Source: Auanema rhodensis
Lineage: Eukaryota; Animalia; Nematoda
Length of the DNA: 64,000 nt
Direction of reading: 5' to 3'
Assembly (NCBI GenBank): GCA_964057225.1
Contig: OZ059900.1
Coordinates: 16,802,001-16,866,000 of the forward strand
Shown here: positions 1-12,700 of the stretch, piece by piece
Numbering within the stretch: position 1 is the stretch's first letter
How the letters are laid out: every line of letters starts with the position of its first letter
The notes under the pieces: model-generated
The model's input: only the letters and a program-made list of their open reading frames with translations
The model's database searches: none
What the model was told of the DNA's origin: nothing
Position numbers and translations under genes: made by a program

Positions 1-342
1 GCATGTGAAATGCTTCATTTTAGTATGTAACACGCTGAAATTCGTTGCATTTGACGACTCATATGAACAAAAATCGATTTAATCAATATTAGCCATAAGG
101 GGCGTACCCCCAGAATATGCTAATTTCCTTAATTTTCTAACCCCTGTTTTTTTGTCGTGAAAGTGGAACTAGACGTTGTACGAACAATTTTGAGCTAGGT
201 TTCATTGACATTGCATGAGTTTGAACACATGAAATCGTAAGTCAAAACCTTGTTTACAGCGAAATTTCCAAAAACTGGTTTTCCAGCATAATAAAATATT
301 TCTCATGGGAAATACTGTGTTTTTGTATTTTTCTAGTGTTCA
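1..342 (+). repeat. Representative 342-bp monomer (arbitrary phase)
   Basis: Bases 1-342 are followed by a near-identical copy starting at 343. This copy carries the m7G and m106A/m110C variants relative to consensus. Confidence 0.98.
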
Positions 343-599
343 GCATGTAAAATGCTTCATTTTAGTATGTAACACGCTGAAATTCGTTGCATTTGACGAC
401 TCATATGAACAAAAATCGATTTAATCAATATTAGCCATAAGGGGCGTGCCCTCAGAATATGCTAATTTCCTTAATTTTCTAACCCTTGTTTTTTTGTTGT
501 GAAAGTGGAACTAGACGTTGTACGAACAATTTTGAGCTAGGTTTCATTGACATTGCATGAGTTTGAACACATGAAATCGTAAGTCAAAACCTTGTTTAC

Positions 600-3500
600 A
601 GCGAAATTTCGAAAAACTGGTTTTCCAGCATAATAAAATATTTCTCATGGGAAATACTGTGTTTTTGTATTCTTCTAGTGTTCAGCATGTGAAATGCTTC
701 ATTTTAGTGTGTAACACGCTGAAATTCGTTGCATTTGACGACTCATATGAACAAAAATCGATTTAATCAATATTAGCCATAAGGGGCGTGCCCTCAGAAT
801 ATGCTAATTTCCTTAATTTTCTAACCCCTGTTTTTTTGTCGTGAAAGTGGAACTAGACGTTGTACGAACAATTTTGAGCTAGGTTTCATTGACATTGCAT
901 GAGTTTGAACACATGAAATCGTAAGTCAAAACCTTGTTTACAGCGAAATTTCCAAAAACTGGTTTTCCAGCATAATAAAATATTTCTCATGGGAAATACT
1001 GTGTTTTTGTATTCTTCTAGTGTTCAGCATGTGAAATGCTTCATTTTAGTGTGTAACACGCTGAAATTCGTTGCATTTGACGACTCATATGAACAAAAAT
1101 CGATTTAATCAATATTAGCCATAAGGGGCGTGCCCTCAGAATATGCTAATTTCCTTAATTTTCTAACCCCTGTTTTTTTGTCGTGAAAGTGGAACTAGAC
1201 GTTGTACGAACAATTTTGACCTAGGTTTCATTGACATTGCATGAGTTTGAACACATGAAATCGTAAGTCAAAACCTTATTTACAGCGAAATTTCCAAAAA
1301 CTGGTTTTCCAGCATAATAAAATATTTCTCATGGGAAATACTGTGTTTTTGTATTTTTCTAGTGTTCAGCATGTAAAATGCTTCATTTTAGTATGTAACA
1401 CGCTGAAATTCGTTGCATTTGACGACTCATATGAACAAAAATCGATTTAATCAATATTAGCCATAAGGGGCGTACCCCCAGAATATGCTAATTTCCTTAA
1501 TTTTCTAACCCCTGTTTTTTTGTCGTGAAAGTGGAACTAGACGTTGTACGAACAATTTTGAGCTAGGTTTCATTGACATTGCATGAGTTTGAACACATGA
1601 AATCGTAAGTCAAAACCTTGTTTACAGCGAAATTTCCAAAAACTGGTTTTCCAGCATAATAAAATATTTCTCATGGGAAATACTGTGTTTTTGTATTTTT
1701 CTAGTGTTCAGCATGTAAAATGCTTCATTTTAGTATGTAACACGCTGAAATTCGTTGCATTTGACGACTCATATGAACAAAAATCGATTTAATCAATATT
1801 AGCCATAAGGGGCGTGCCCTCAGAATATGCTAATTTCCTTAATTTTCTAACCCTTGTTTTTTTGTTGTGAAAGTGGAACTAGACGTTGTACGAACAATTT
1901 TGAGCTAGGTTTCATTGACATTGCATGAGTTTGAACACATGAAATCGTAAGTCAAAACCTTGTTTACAGCGAAATTTCGAAAAACTGGTTTTCCAGCATA
2001 ATAAAATATTTCTCATGGGAAATACTGTGTTTTTGTATTCTTCTAGTGTTCAGCATGTGAAATGCTTCATTTTAGTGTGTAACACGCTGAAATTCGTTGC
2101 ATTTGACGACTCATATGAACAAAAATCGATTTAATCAATATTAGCCATAAGGGGCGTGCCCTCAGAATATGCTAATTTCCTTAATTTTCTAACCCCTGTT
2201 TTTTTGTCGTGAAAGTGGAACTAGACGTTGTACGAACAATTTTGACCTAGGTTTCATTGACATTGCATGAGTTTGAACACATGAAATCGTAAGTCAAAAC
2301 CTTGTTTACAGCGAAATTTCCAAAAACTGGTTTTCCAGCATGATAAAATATTTCTCATGGGAAATACTGTGTTTTTGTATTTTTCTAGTGTTCAGCATGT
2401 AAAATGCTTCATTTTAGTATGTAACACGCTGAAATTCGTTGCATTTGACGACTCATATGAACAAAAATCGATTTAATCAATATTAGCCATAAGGGGCGTG
2501 CCCTCAGAATATGCTAATTTCCTTAATTTTCTAACCCCTGTTTTTTTGTCGTGAAAGTGGAACTAGACGTTGTACGAACAATTTTGAGCTAGGTTTCATT
2601 GACATTGCATGAGTTTGAACACATGAAATCGTAAGTCAAAACCTTGTTTACAGCGAAATTTCCACAAACTGGTTTTCCAGCATAATAAAATATTTCTCAT
2701 GGGAAATACTGTGTTTTTGTATTCTTCTAGTGTTCAGCATGTAAAATGCTTCATTTTAGTATGTAACACGCTGAAATTCGTTGCATTTGACGACTCATAT
2801 GAACAAAAATCGATTTAATCAATATTAGCCATAAGGGGCGTACCCCCAGAATATGCTAATTTCCTTAATTTTCTAACCCCTGTTTTTTTGTCGTGAAAGT
2901 GGAACTAGACGTTGTACGAACAATTTTGAGCTAGGTTTCATTGACATTGCATGAGTTTGAACACATGAAATCGTAAGTCAAAACCTTGTTTACAGCGAAA
3001 TTTCCAAAAACTGGTTTTCCAGCATAATAAAATATTTCTCATGGGAAATACTGTGTTTTTGTATTTTTCTAGTGTTCAGCATGTAAAATGCTTCATTTTA
3101 GTATGTAACACGCTGAAATTCGTTGCATTTGACGACTCATATGAACAAAAATCGATTTAATCAATATTAGCCATAAGGGGCGTGCCCTCAGAATATGCTA
3201 ATTTCCTTAATTTTCTAACCCTTGTTTTTTTGTTGTGAAAGTGGAACTAGACGTTGTACGAACAATTTTGAGCTAGGTTTCATTGACATTGCATGAGTTT
3301 GAACACATGAAATCGTAAGTCAAAACCTTGTTTACAGCGAAATTTCGAAAAACTGGTTTTCCAGCATAATAAAATATTTCTCATGGGAAATACTGTGTTT
3401 TTGTATTCTTCTAGTGTTCAGCATGTGAAATGCTTCATTTTAGTGTGTAACACGCTGAAATTCGTTGCATTTGACGACTCATATGAACAAAAATCGATTT

Positions 3501-6500
3501 AATCAATATTAGCCATAAGGGGCGTGCCCTCAGAATATGCTAATTTCCTTAATTTTCTAACCCCTGTTTTTTTGTCGTGAAAGTGGAACTAGACGTTGTA
3601 CGAACAATTTTGACCTAGGTTTCATTGACATTGCATGAGTTTGAACACATGAAATCGTAAGTCAAAACCTTGTTTACAGCGAAATTTCGAAAAACTGGTT
3701 TTCCAGCATAATAAAATATTTCTCATGGGAAATACTGTGTTTTTGTATTCTTCTAGTGTTCAGCATGTGAAATGCTTCATTTTAGTGTGTAACACGCTGA
3801 AATTCGTTGCATTTGACGACTCATATGAACAAAAATCGATTTAATCAATATTAGCCATAAGGGGCGTGCCCTCAGAATATGCTAATTTCCTTAATTTTCT
3901 AACCCCTGTTTTTTTGTCGTGAAAGTGGAACTAGACGTTGTACGAACAATTTTGAGCTAGGTTTCATTGACATTGCATGAGTTTGAACACATGAAATCGT
4001 AAGTCAAAACCTTGTTTACAGCGAAATTTCCAAAAACTGGTTTTCCAGCATAATAAAATATTTCTCATGGGAAATACTGTGTTTTTGTATTCTTCTAGTG
4101 TTCAGCATGTGAAATGCTTCATTTTAGTGTGTAACACGCTGAAATTCGTTGCATTTGACGACTCATATGAACAAAAATCGATTTAATCAATATTAGCCAT
4201 AAGGGGCGTGCCCTCAGAATATGCTAATTTCCTTAATTTTCTAACCCCTGTTTTTTTGTCGTGAAAGTGGAACTAGACGTTGTACGAACAATTTTGACCT
4301 AGGTTTCATTGACATTGCATGAGTTTGAACACATGAAATCGTAAGTCAAAACCTTGTTTACAGCGAAATTTCCAAAAACTGGTTTTCCAGCATAATAAAA
4401 TATTTCTCATGGGAAATACTGTGTTTTTGTATTTTTCTAGTGTTCAGCATGTAAAATGCTTCATTTTAGTATGTAACACGCTGAAATTCGTTGCATTTGA
4501 CGACTCATATGAACAAAAATCGATTTAATCAATATTAGCCATAAGGGGCGTACCCCCAGAATATGCTAATTTCCTTAATTTTCTAACCCCTGTTTTTTTG
4601 TCGTGAAAGTGGAACTAGACGTTGTACGAACAATTTTGAGCTAGGTTTCATTGACATTGCATGAGTTTGAACACATGAAATCGTAAGTCAAAACCTTGTT
4701 TACAGCGAAATTTCCAAAAACTGGTTTTCCAGCATAATAAAATATTTCTCATGGGAAATACTGTGTTTTTGTATTTTTCTAGTGTTCAGCATGTAAAATG
4801 CTTCATTTTAGTATGTAACACGCTGAAATTCGTTGCATTTGACGACTCATATGAACAAAAATCGATTTAATCAATATTAGCCATAAGGGGCGTGCCCTCA
4901 GAATATGCTAATTTCCTTAATTTTCTAACCCTTGTTTTTTTGTTGTGAAAGTGGAACTAGACGTTGTACGAACAATTTTGAGCTAGGTTTCATTGACATT
5001 GCATGAGTTTGAACACATGAAATCGTAAGTCAAAACCTTGTTTACAGCGAAATTTCGAAAAACTGGTTTTCCAGCATAATAAAATATTTCTCATGGGAAA
5101 TACTGTGTTTTTGTATTCTTCTAGTGTTCAGCATGTGAAATGCTTCATTTTAGTGTGTAACACGCTGAAATTCGTTGCATTTGACGACTCATATGAACAA
5201 AAATCGATTTAATCAATATTAGCCATAAGGGGCGTGCCCTCAGAATATGCTAATTTCCTTAATTTTCTAACCCCTGTTTTTTTGTCGTGAAAGTGGAACT
5301 AGACGTTGTACGAACAATTTTGACCTAGGTTTCATTGACATTGCATGAGTTTGAACACATGAAATCGTAAGTCAAAACCTTGTTTACAGCGAAATTTCCA
5401 AAAACTGGTTTTCCAGCATGATAAAATATTTCTCATGGGAAATACTGTGTTTTTGTATTTTTCTAGTGTTCAGCATGTAAAATGCTTCATTTTAGTATGT
5501 AACACGCTGAAATTCGTTGCATTTGACGACTCATATGAACAAAAATCGATTTAATCAATATTAGCCATAAGGGGCGTGCCCTCAGAATATGCTAATTTCC
5601 TTAATTTTCTAACCCCTGTTTTTTTGTCGTGAAAGTGGAACTAGACGTTGTACGAACAATTTTGAGCTAGGTTTCATTGACATTGCATGAGTTTGAACAC
5701 ATGAAATCGTAAGTCAAAACCTTGTTTACAGCGAAATTTCCACAAACTGGTTTTCCAGCATAATAAAATATTTCTCATGGGAAATACTGTGTTTTTGTAT
5801 TCTTCTAGTGTTCAGCATGTAAAATGCTTCATTTTAGTATGTAACACGCTGAAATTCGTTGCATTTGACGACTCATATGAACAAAAATCGATTTAATCAA
5901 TATTAGCCATAAGGGGCGTACCCCCAGAATATGCTAATTTCCTTAATTTTCTAACCCCTGTTTTTTTGTCGTGAAAGTGGAACTAGACGTTGTACGAACA
6001 ATTTTGAGCTAGGTTTCATTGACATTGCATGAGTTTGAACACATGAAATCGTAAGTCAAAACCTTGTTTACAGCGAAATTTCCAAAAACTGGTTTTCCAG
6101 CATAATAAAATATTTCTCATGGGAAATACTGTGTTTTTGTATTTTTCTAGTGTTCAGCATGTAAAATGCTTCATTTTAGTATGTAACACGCTGAAATTCG
6201 TTGCATTTGACGACTCATATGAACAAAAATCGATTTAATCAATATTAGCCATAAGGGGCGTGCCCTCAGAATATGCTAATTTCCTTAATTTTCTAACCCT
6301 TGTTTTTTTGTTGTGAAAGTGGAACTAGACGTTGTACGAACAATTTTGAGCTAGGTTTCATTGACATTGCATGAGTTTGAACACATGAAATCGTAAGTCA
6401 AAACCTTGTTTACAGCGAAATTTCGAAAAACTGGTTTTCCAGCATAATAAAATATTTCTCATGGGAAATACTGTGTTTTTGTATTCTTCTAGTGTTCAGC

Positions 6501-6700
6501 ATGTGAAATGCTTCATTTTAGTGTGTAACACGCTGAAATTCGTTGCATTTGACGACTCATATGAACAAAAATCGATTTAATCAATATTAGCCATAAGGGG
6601 CGTGCCCTCAGAATATGCTAATTTCCTTAATTTTCTAACCCCTGTTTTTTTGTCGTGAAAGTGGAACTAGACGTTGTACGAACAATTTTGACCTAGGTTT
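600..6700 (+). repeat. Two tandem copies of a 9-monomer (3078-bp) higher-order unit
   Basis: The variant series repeats at +3078: m194C 1220/4298, GTACCCC 1474/4552 and 2842/5920, m290G 2342/5420, m271C 2665/5743. Confidence 0.85.
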
Positions 6701-9700
6701 CATTGACATTGCATGAGTTTGAACACATGAAATCGTAAGTCAAAACCTTGTTTACAGCGAAATTTCCAAAAACTGGTTTTCCAGCATAATAAAATATTTC
6801 TCATGGGAAATACTGTGTTTTTGTATTTTTCTAGTGTTCAGCATGTAAAATGCTTCATTTTAGTATGTAACACGCTGAAATTCGTTGCATTTGACGACTC
6901 ATATGAACAAAAATCGATTTAATCAATATTAGCCATAAGGGGCGTACCCCCAGAATATGCTAATTTCCTTAATTTTCTAACCCCTGTTTTTTTGTCGTGA
7001 AAGTGGAACTAGACGTTGTACGAACAATTTTGAGCTAGGTTTCATTGACATTGCATGAGTTTGAACACATGAAATCGTAAGTCAAAACCTTGTTTACAGC
7101 GAAATTTCCAAAAACTGGTTTTCCAGCATAATAAAATATTTCTCATGGGAAATACTGTGTTTTTGTATTTTTCTAGTGTTCAGCATGTAAAATGCTTCAT
7201 TTTAGTATGTAACACGCTGAAATTCGTTGCATTTGACGACTCATATGAACAAAAATCGATTTAATCAATATTAGCCATAAGGGGCGTGCCCTCAGAATAT
7301 GCTAATTTCCTTAATTTTCTAACCCTTGTTTTTTTGTTGTGAAAGTGGAACTAGACGTTGTACGAACAATTTTGAGCTAGGTTTCATTGACATTGCATGA
7401 GTTTGAACACATGAAATCGTAAGTCAAAACCTTGTTTACAGCGAAATTTCGAAAAACTGGTTTTCCAGCATAATAAAATATTTCTCATGGGAAATACTGT
7501 GTTTTTGTATTCTTCTAGTGTTCAGCATGTGAAATGCTTCATTTTAGTGTGTAACACGCTGAAATTCGTTGCATTTGACGACTCATATGAACAAAAATCG
7601 ATTTAATCAATATTAGCCATAAGGGGCGTGCCCTCAGAATATGCTAATTTCCTTAATTTTCTAACCCCTGTTTTTTTGTCGTGAAAGTGGAACTAGACGT
7701 TGTACGAACAATTTTGAGCTAGGTTTCATTGACATTGCATGAGTTTGAACACATGAAATCGTAAGTCAAAACCTTGTTTACAGCGAAATTTCCAAAAACT
7801 GGTTTTCCAGCATAATAAAATATTTCTCATGGGAAATACTGTGTTTTTGTATTTTTCTAGTGTTCAGCATGTAAAATGCTTCATTTTAGTATGTAACACG
7901 CTGAAATTCGTTGCATTTGACGACTCATATGAACAAAAATCGATTTAATCAATATTAGCCATAAGGGGCGTGCCCTCAGAATATGCTAATTTCCTTAATT
8001 TTCTAACCCTTGTTTTTTTGTCGTGAAAGTGGAACTAGACGTTGTACAAACAATTTTGAGCTAGGTTTCATTGACATTGCATGAGTTTGAACACATGAAA
8101 TCGTAAGTCAAAACCTTGTTTACAGCGAAATTTCCAAAAACTGGTTTTCCAGCATGATAAAATATTTCTCATGGGAAATACTGTGTTTTTGTATTTTTCT
8201 AGTGTTCAGCATGTAAAATGCTTCATTTTAGTATGTAACACGCTGAAATTCGTTGCATTTGACGACTCATATGAACAAAAATCGATTTAATCAATATTAG
8301 CCATAAGGGGCGTGCCCTCAGAATATGCTAATTTCCTTAATTTTCTAACCCCTGTTTTTTTGTCGTGAAAGTGGAACTAGACGTTGTACGAACAATTTTG
8401 AGCTAGGTTTCATTGACATTGCATGAGTTTGAACACATGAAATCGTAAGTCAAAACCTTGTTTACAGCGAAATTTCCAAAAACTGGTTTTCCAGCATAAT
8501 AAAATATTTCTCATGGGAAATACTGTGTTTTTGTATTCTTCTAGTGTTCAGCATGTGAAATGCTTCATTTTAGTGTGTAACACGCTGAAATTCGTTGCAT
8601 TTGACGACTCATATGAACAAAAATCGATTTAATCAATATTAGCCATAAGGGGCGTGCCCTCAGAATATGCTAATTTCCTTAATTTTCTAACCCCTGTTTT
8701 TTTGTCGTGAAAGTGGAACTAGACGTTGTACGAACAATTTTGACCTAGGTTTCATTGACATTGCATGAGTTTGAACACATGAAATCGTAAGTCAAAACCT
8801 TGTTTACAGCGAAATTTCCAAAAACTGGTTTTCCAGCATAATAAAATATTTCTCATGGGAAATACTGTGTTTTTGTATTTTTCTAGTGTTCAGCATGTAA
8901 AATGCTTCATTTTAGTATGTAACACGCTGAAATTCGTTGCATTTGACGACTCATATGAACAAAAATCGATTTAATCAATATTAGCCATAAGGGGCGTGCC
9001 CTCAGAATATGCTAATTTCCTTAATTTTCTAACCCTTGTTTTTTTGTCGTGAAAGTGGAACTAGACGTTGTACAAACAATTTTGAGCTAGGTTTCATTGA
9101 CATTGCATGAGTTTGAACACATGAAATCGTAAGTCAAAACCTTGTTTACAGCGAAATTTCCAAAAACTGGTTTTCCAGCATGATAAAATATTTCTCATGG
9201 GAAATACTGTGTTTTTGTATTTTTCTAGTGTTCAGCATGTAAAATGCTTCATTTTAGTATGTAACACGCTGAAATTCGTTGCATTTGACGACTCATATGA
9301 ACAAAAATCGATTTAATCAATATTAGCCATAAGGGGCGTGCCCTCAGAATATGCTAATTTCCTTAATTTTCTAACCCCTGTTTTTTTGTCGTGAAAGTGG
9401 AACTAGACGTTGTACGAACAATTTTGAGCTAGGTTTCATTGACATTGCATGAGTTTGAACACATGAAATCGTAAGTCAAAACCTTGTTTACAGCGAAATT
9501 TCCACAAACTGGTTTTCCAGCATAATAAAATATTTCTCATGGGAAATACTGTGTTTTTGTATTCTTCTAGTGTTCAGCATGTAAAATGCTTCATTTTAGT
9601 ATGTAACACGCTGAAATTCGTTGCATTTGACGACTCATATGAACAAAAATCGATTTAATCAATATTAGCCATAAGGGGCGTGCCCTCAGAATATGCTAAT

Positions 9701-12700
9701 TTCCTTAATTTTCTAACCCCTGTTTTTTTGTCGTGAAAGTGGAACTAGACGTTGTACGAACAATTTTGAGCTAGGTTTCATTGACCTTGCATGAGTTTGA
9801 ACACATGAAATCGTAAGTCAAAACCTTGTTTACAGCGAAATTTCCAAAAACTGGTTTTCCAGCATAATAAAATATTTCTCATGGGAAATACTGTGTTTTT
9901 GTATTTTTCTAGTGTTCAGCATGTAAAATGCTTCATTTTAGTATGTAACACGCTGAAATTCGTTGCATTTGACGACTCATATGAACAAAAATCGATTTAA
10001 TCAATATTAGCCATAAGGGGCGTGCCCTCAGAATATGCTAATTTCCTTAATTTTCTAACCCTTGTTTTTTTGTCGTGAAAGTGGAACTAGACGTTGTACG
10101 AACAATTTTGAGCTAGGTTTCATTGACATTGCATGAGTTTGAACACATGAAATCGTAAGTCAAAACCTTGTTTACAGCGAAATTTCGAAAAACTGGTTTT
10201 CCAGCATAATAAAATATTTCTCATGGAAAAACTGTGTTTTTGTATTCTTCTAGTGTTCAGCATGTGAAATGCTTCATTTTAGTGTGTAACACGCTGAAAT
10301 TCGTTGCATTTGACGACTCATATGAACAAAAATCGATTTAATCAATATTAGCCATAAGGGGCGTGCCCTCAGAATATGCTAATTTCCTTAATTTTCTAAC
10401 CCCTGTTTTTTTGTCGTGAAAGTGGAACTAGACGTTGTACGAACAATTTTGAGCTAGGTTTCATTGACATTGCATGAGTTTGAACACATGAAATCGTAAG
10501 TCAAAACCTTGTTTACAGCGAAATTTCCAAAAACTGGTTTTCCAGCATAATAAAATATTTCTCATGCAAAAACTGTGTTTTTGTATTCTTCTAGTGTTCA
10601 GCATGTGAAATGCTTCATTTTAGTGTGTAACACGCTGAAATTCGTTGCATTTGACGACTCATATGAACAAAAATCGATTTAATCAATATTAGCCATAAGG
10701 GGCGTGCCCTCAGAATATGCTAATTTCCTTAATTTTCTAACCCCTGTTTTTTTGTCGTGAAAGTGGAACTAGACGTTGTACGAACAATTTTGAGCTAGGT
10801 TTCATTGACATTGCATGAGTTTGAACACATGAAATCGTAAGTCAAAACCTTGTTTACAGCGAAATTTCCAAAAACTGGTTTTCCAGCATAATAAAATATT
10901 TCTCATGGGAAATACTGTGTTTTTGTATTTTTCTAGTGTTCAGCATGTAAAATGCTTCATTTTAGTATGTAACACGCTGAAATTCGTTGCATTTGACGAC
11001 TCATATGAACAAAAATCGATTTAATCAATATTAGCCATAAGGGGCGTGCCCTCAGAATATGCTAATTTCCTTAATTTTCTAACCCTTGTTTTTTTGTCGT
11101 GAAAGTGGAACTAGACGTTGTACAAACAATTTTGAGCTAGGTTTCATTGACATTGCATGAGTTTGAACACATGAAATCGTAAGTCAAAACCTTGTTTACA
11201 GCGAAATTTCCAAAAACTGGTTTTCCAGCATGATAAAATATTTCTCATGGGAAATACTGTGTTTTTGTATTTTTCTAGTGTTCAGCATGTAAAATGCTTC
11301 ATTTTAGTATGTAACACGCTGAAATTCGTTGCATTTGACGACTCATATGAACAAAAATCGATTTAATCAATATTAGCCATAAGGGGCGTGCCCTCAGAAT
11401 ATGCTAATTTCCTTAATTTTCTAACCCCTGTTTTTTTGTCGTGAAAGTGGAACTAGACGTTGTACGAACAATTTTGAGCTAGGTTTCATTGACATTGCAT
11501 GAGTTTGAACACATGAAATCGTAAGTCAAAACCTTGTTTACAGCGAAATTTCCAAAAACTGGTTTTCCAGCATAATAAAATATTTCTCATGGGAAATACT
11601 GTGTTTTTGTATTTTTCTAGTGTTCAGCATGTGAAATGCTTCATTTTAGTATGTAACACGCTGAAATTCGTTGCATTTGACGACTCATATGAACAAAAAT
11701 CGATTTAATCAATATTAGCCATAAGGGGCGTGCCCTCAGAATATGCTAATTTCCTTAATTTTCTAACCCTTGTTTTTTTGTCGTGAAAGTGGAACTAGAC
11801 GTTGTACGAACAATTTTGAGCTAGGTTTCATTGACATTGCATGAGTTTGAACACATGAAATCGTAAGTCAAAACCTTGTTTACAGCGAAATTTCGAAAAA
11901 CTGGTTTTCCAGCATAATAAAATATTTCTCATAGGAAATACTGTGTTTTGTATTCTTCTAGTGTTCAGCATGTGAAATGCTTCATTTTAGTGTGTAACAC
12001 GCTGAAATTCGTTGCATTTGACGACTCATATGAACAAAAATCGATTTAATCAATATTAGCCATAAGGGGCGTGCCCTCAGAATATGCTAATTTCCTTAAT
12101 TTTCTAACCCCTGTTTTTTTGTCGTGAAAGTGGAACTAGACGTTGTACGAACAATTTTGAGCTAGGTTTCATTGACATTGCATGAGTTTGAACACATGAA
12201 ATCGTAAGTCAAAACCTTGTTTACAGCGAAATTTCCAAAAACTGGTTTTCCAGCATAATAAAATATTTCTCATGGGAAATACTGTGTTTTTGTATTTTTC
12301 TAGTGTTCAGCATGTAAAATGCTTCATTTTAGTATGTAACACGCTGAAATTCGTTGCATTTGACGACTCATATGAACAAAAATCGATTTAATCAATATTA
12401 GCCATAAGGGGCGTGCCCTCAGAATATGCTAATTTCCTTAATTTTCTAACCCTTGTTTTTTTGTCGTGAAAGTGGAACTAGACGTTGTACAAACAATTTT
12501 GAGCTAGGTTTCATTGACATTGCATGAGTTTGAACACATGAAATCGTAAGTCAAAACCTTGTTTACAGCGAAATTTCCAAAAACTGGTTTTCCAGCATGA
12601 TAAAATATTTCTCATGGGAAATACTGTGTTTTTGTATTTTTCTAGTGTTCAGCATGTAAAATGCTTCATTTTAGTATGTAACACGCTGAAATTCGTTGCA

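Noticed and set aside
40-56. CENP-B box-like motif ATTCGTTGCATTTGACG
   Set aside because: It matches TTCG and the central A of nTTCGnnnnAnnCGGGn but lacks CGGG (6 of 9 core bases), so it is not supportable as a functional box.
136-144. Telomere-like CTAACCC(C/T) motif
   Set aside because: It occurs once per monomer, is not tandem, and is expected by chance.
1-342. Primate alpha-satellite dimer or another named ~340-bp satellite
   Set aside because: Only the length (2x171) is similar. I do not recognise the sequence as alphoid and cannot assign a family without a database search.
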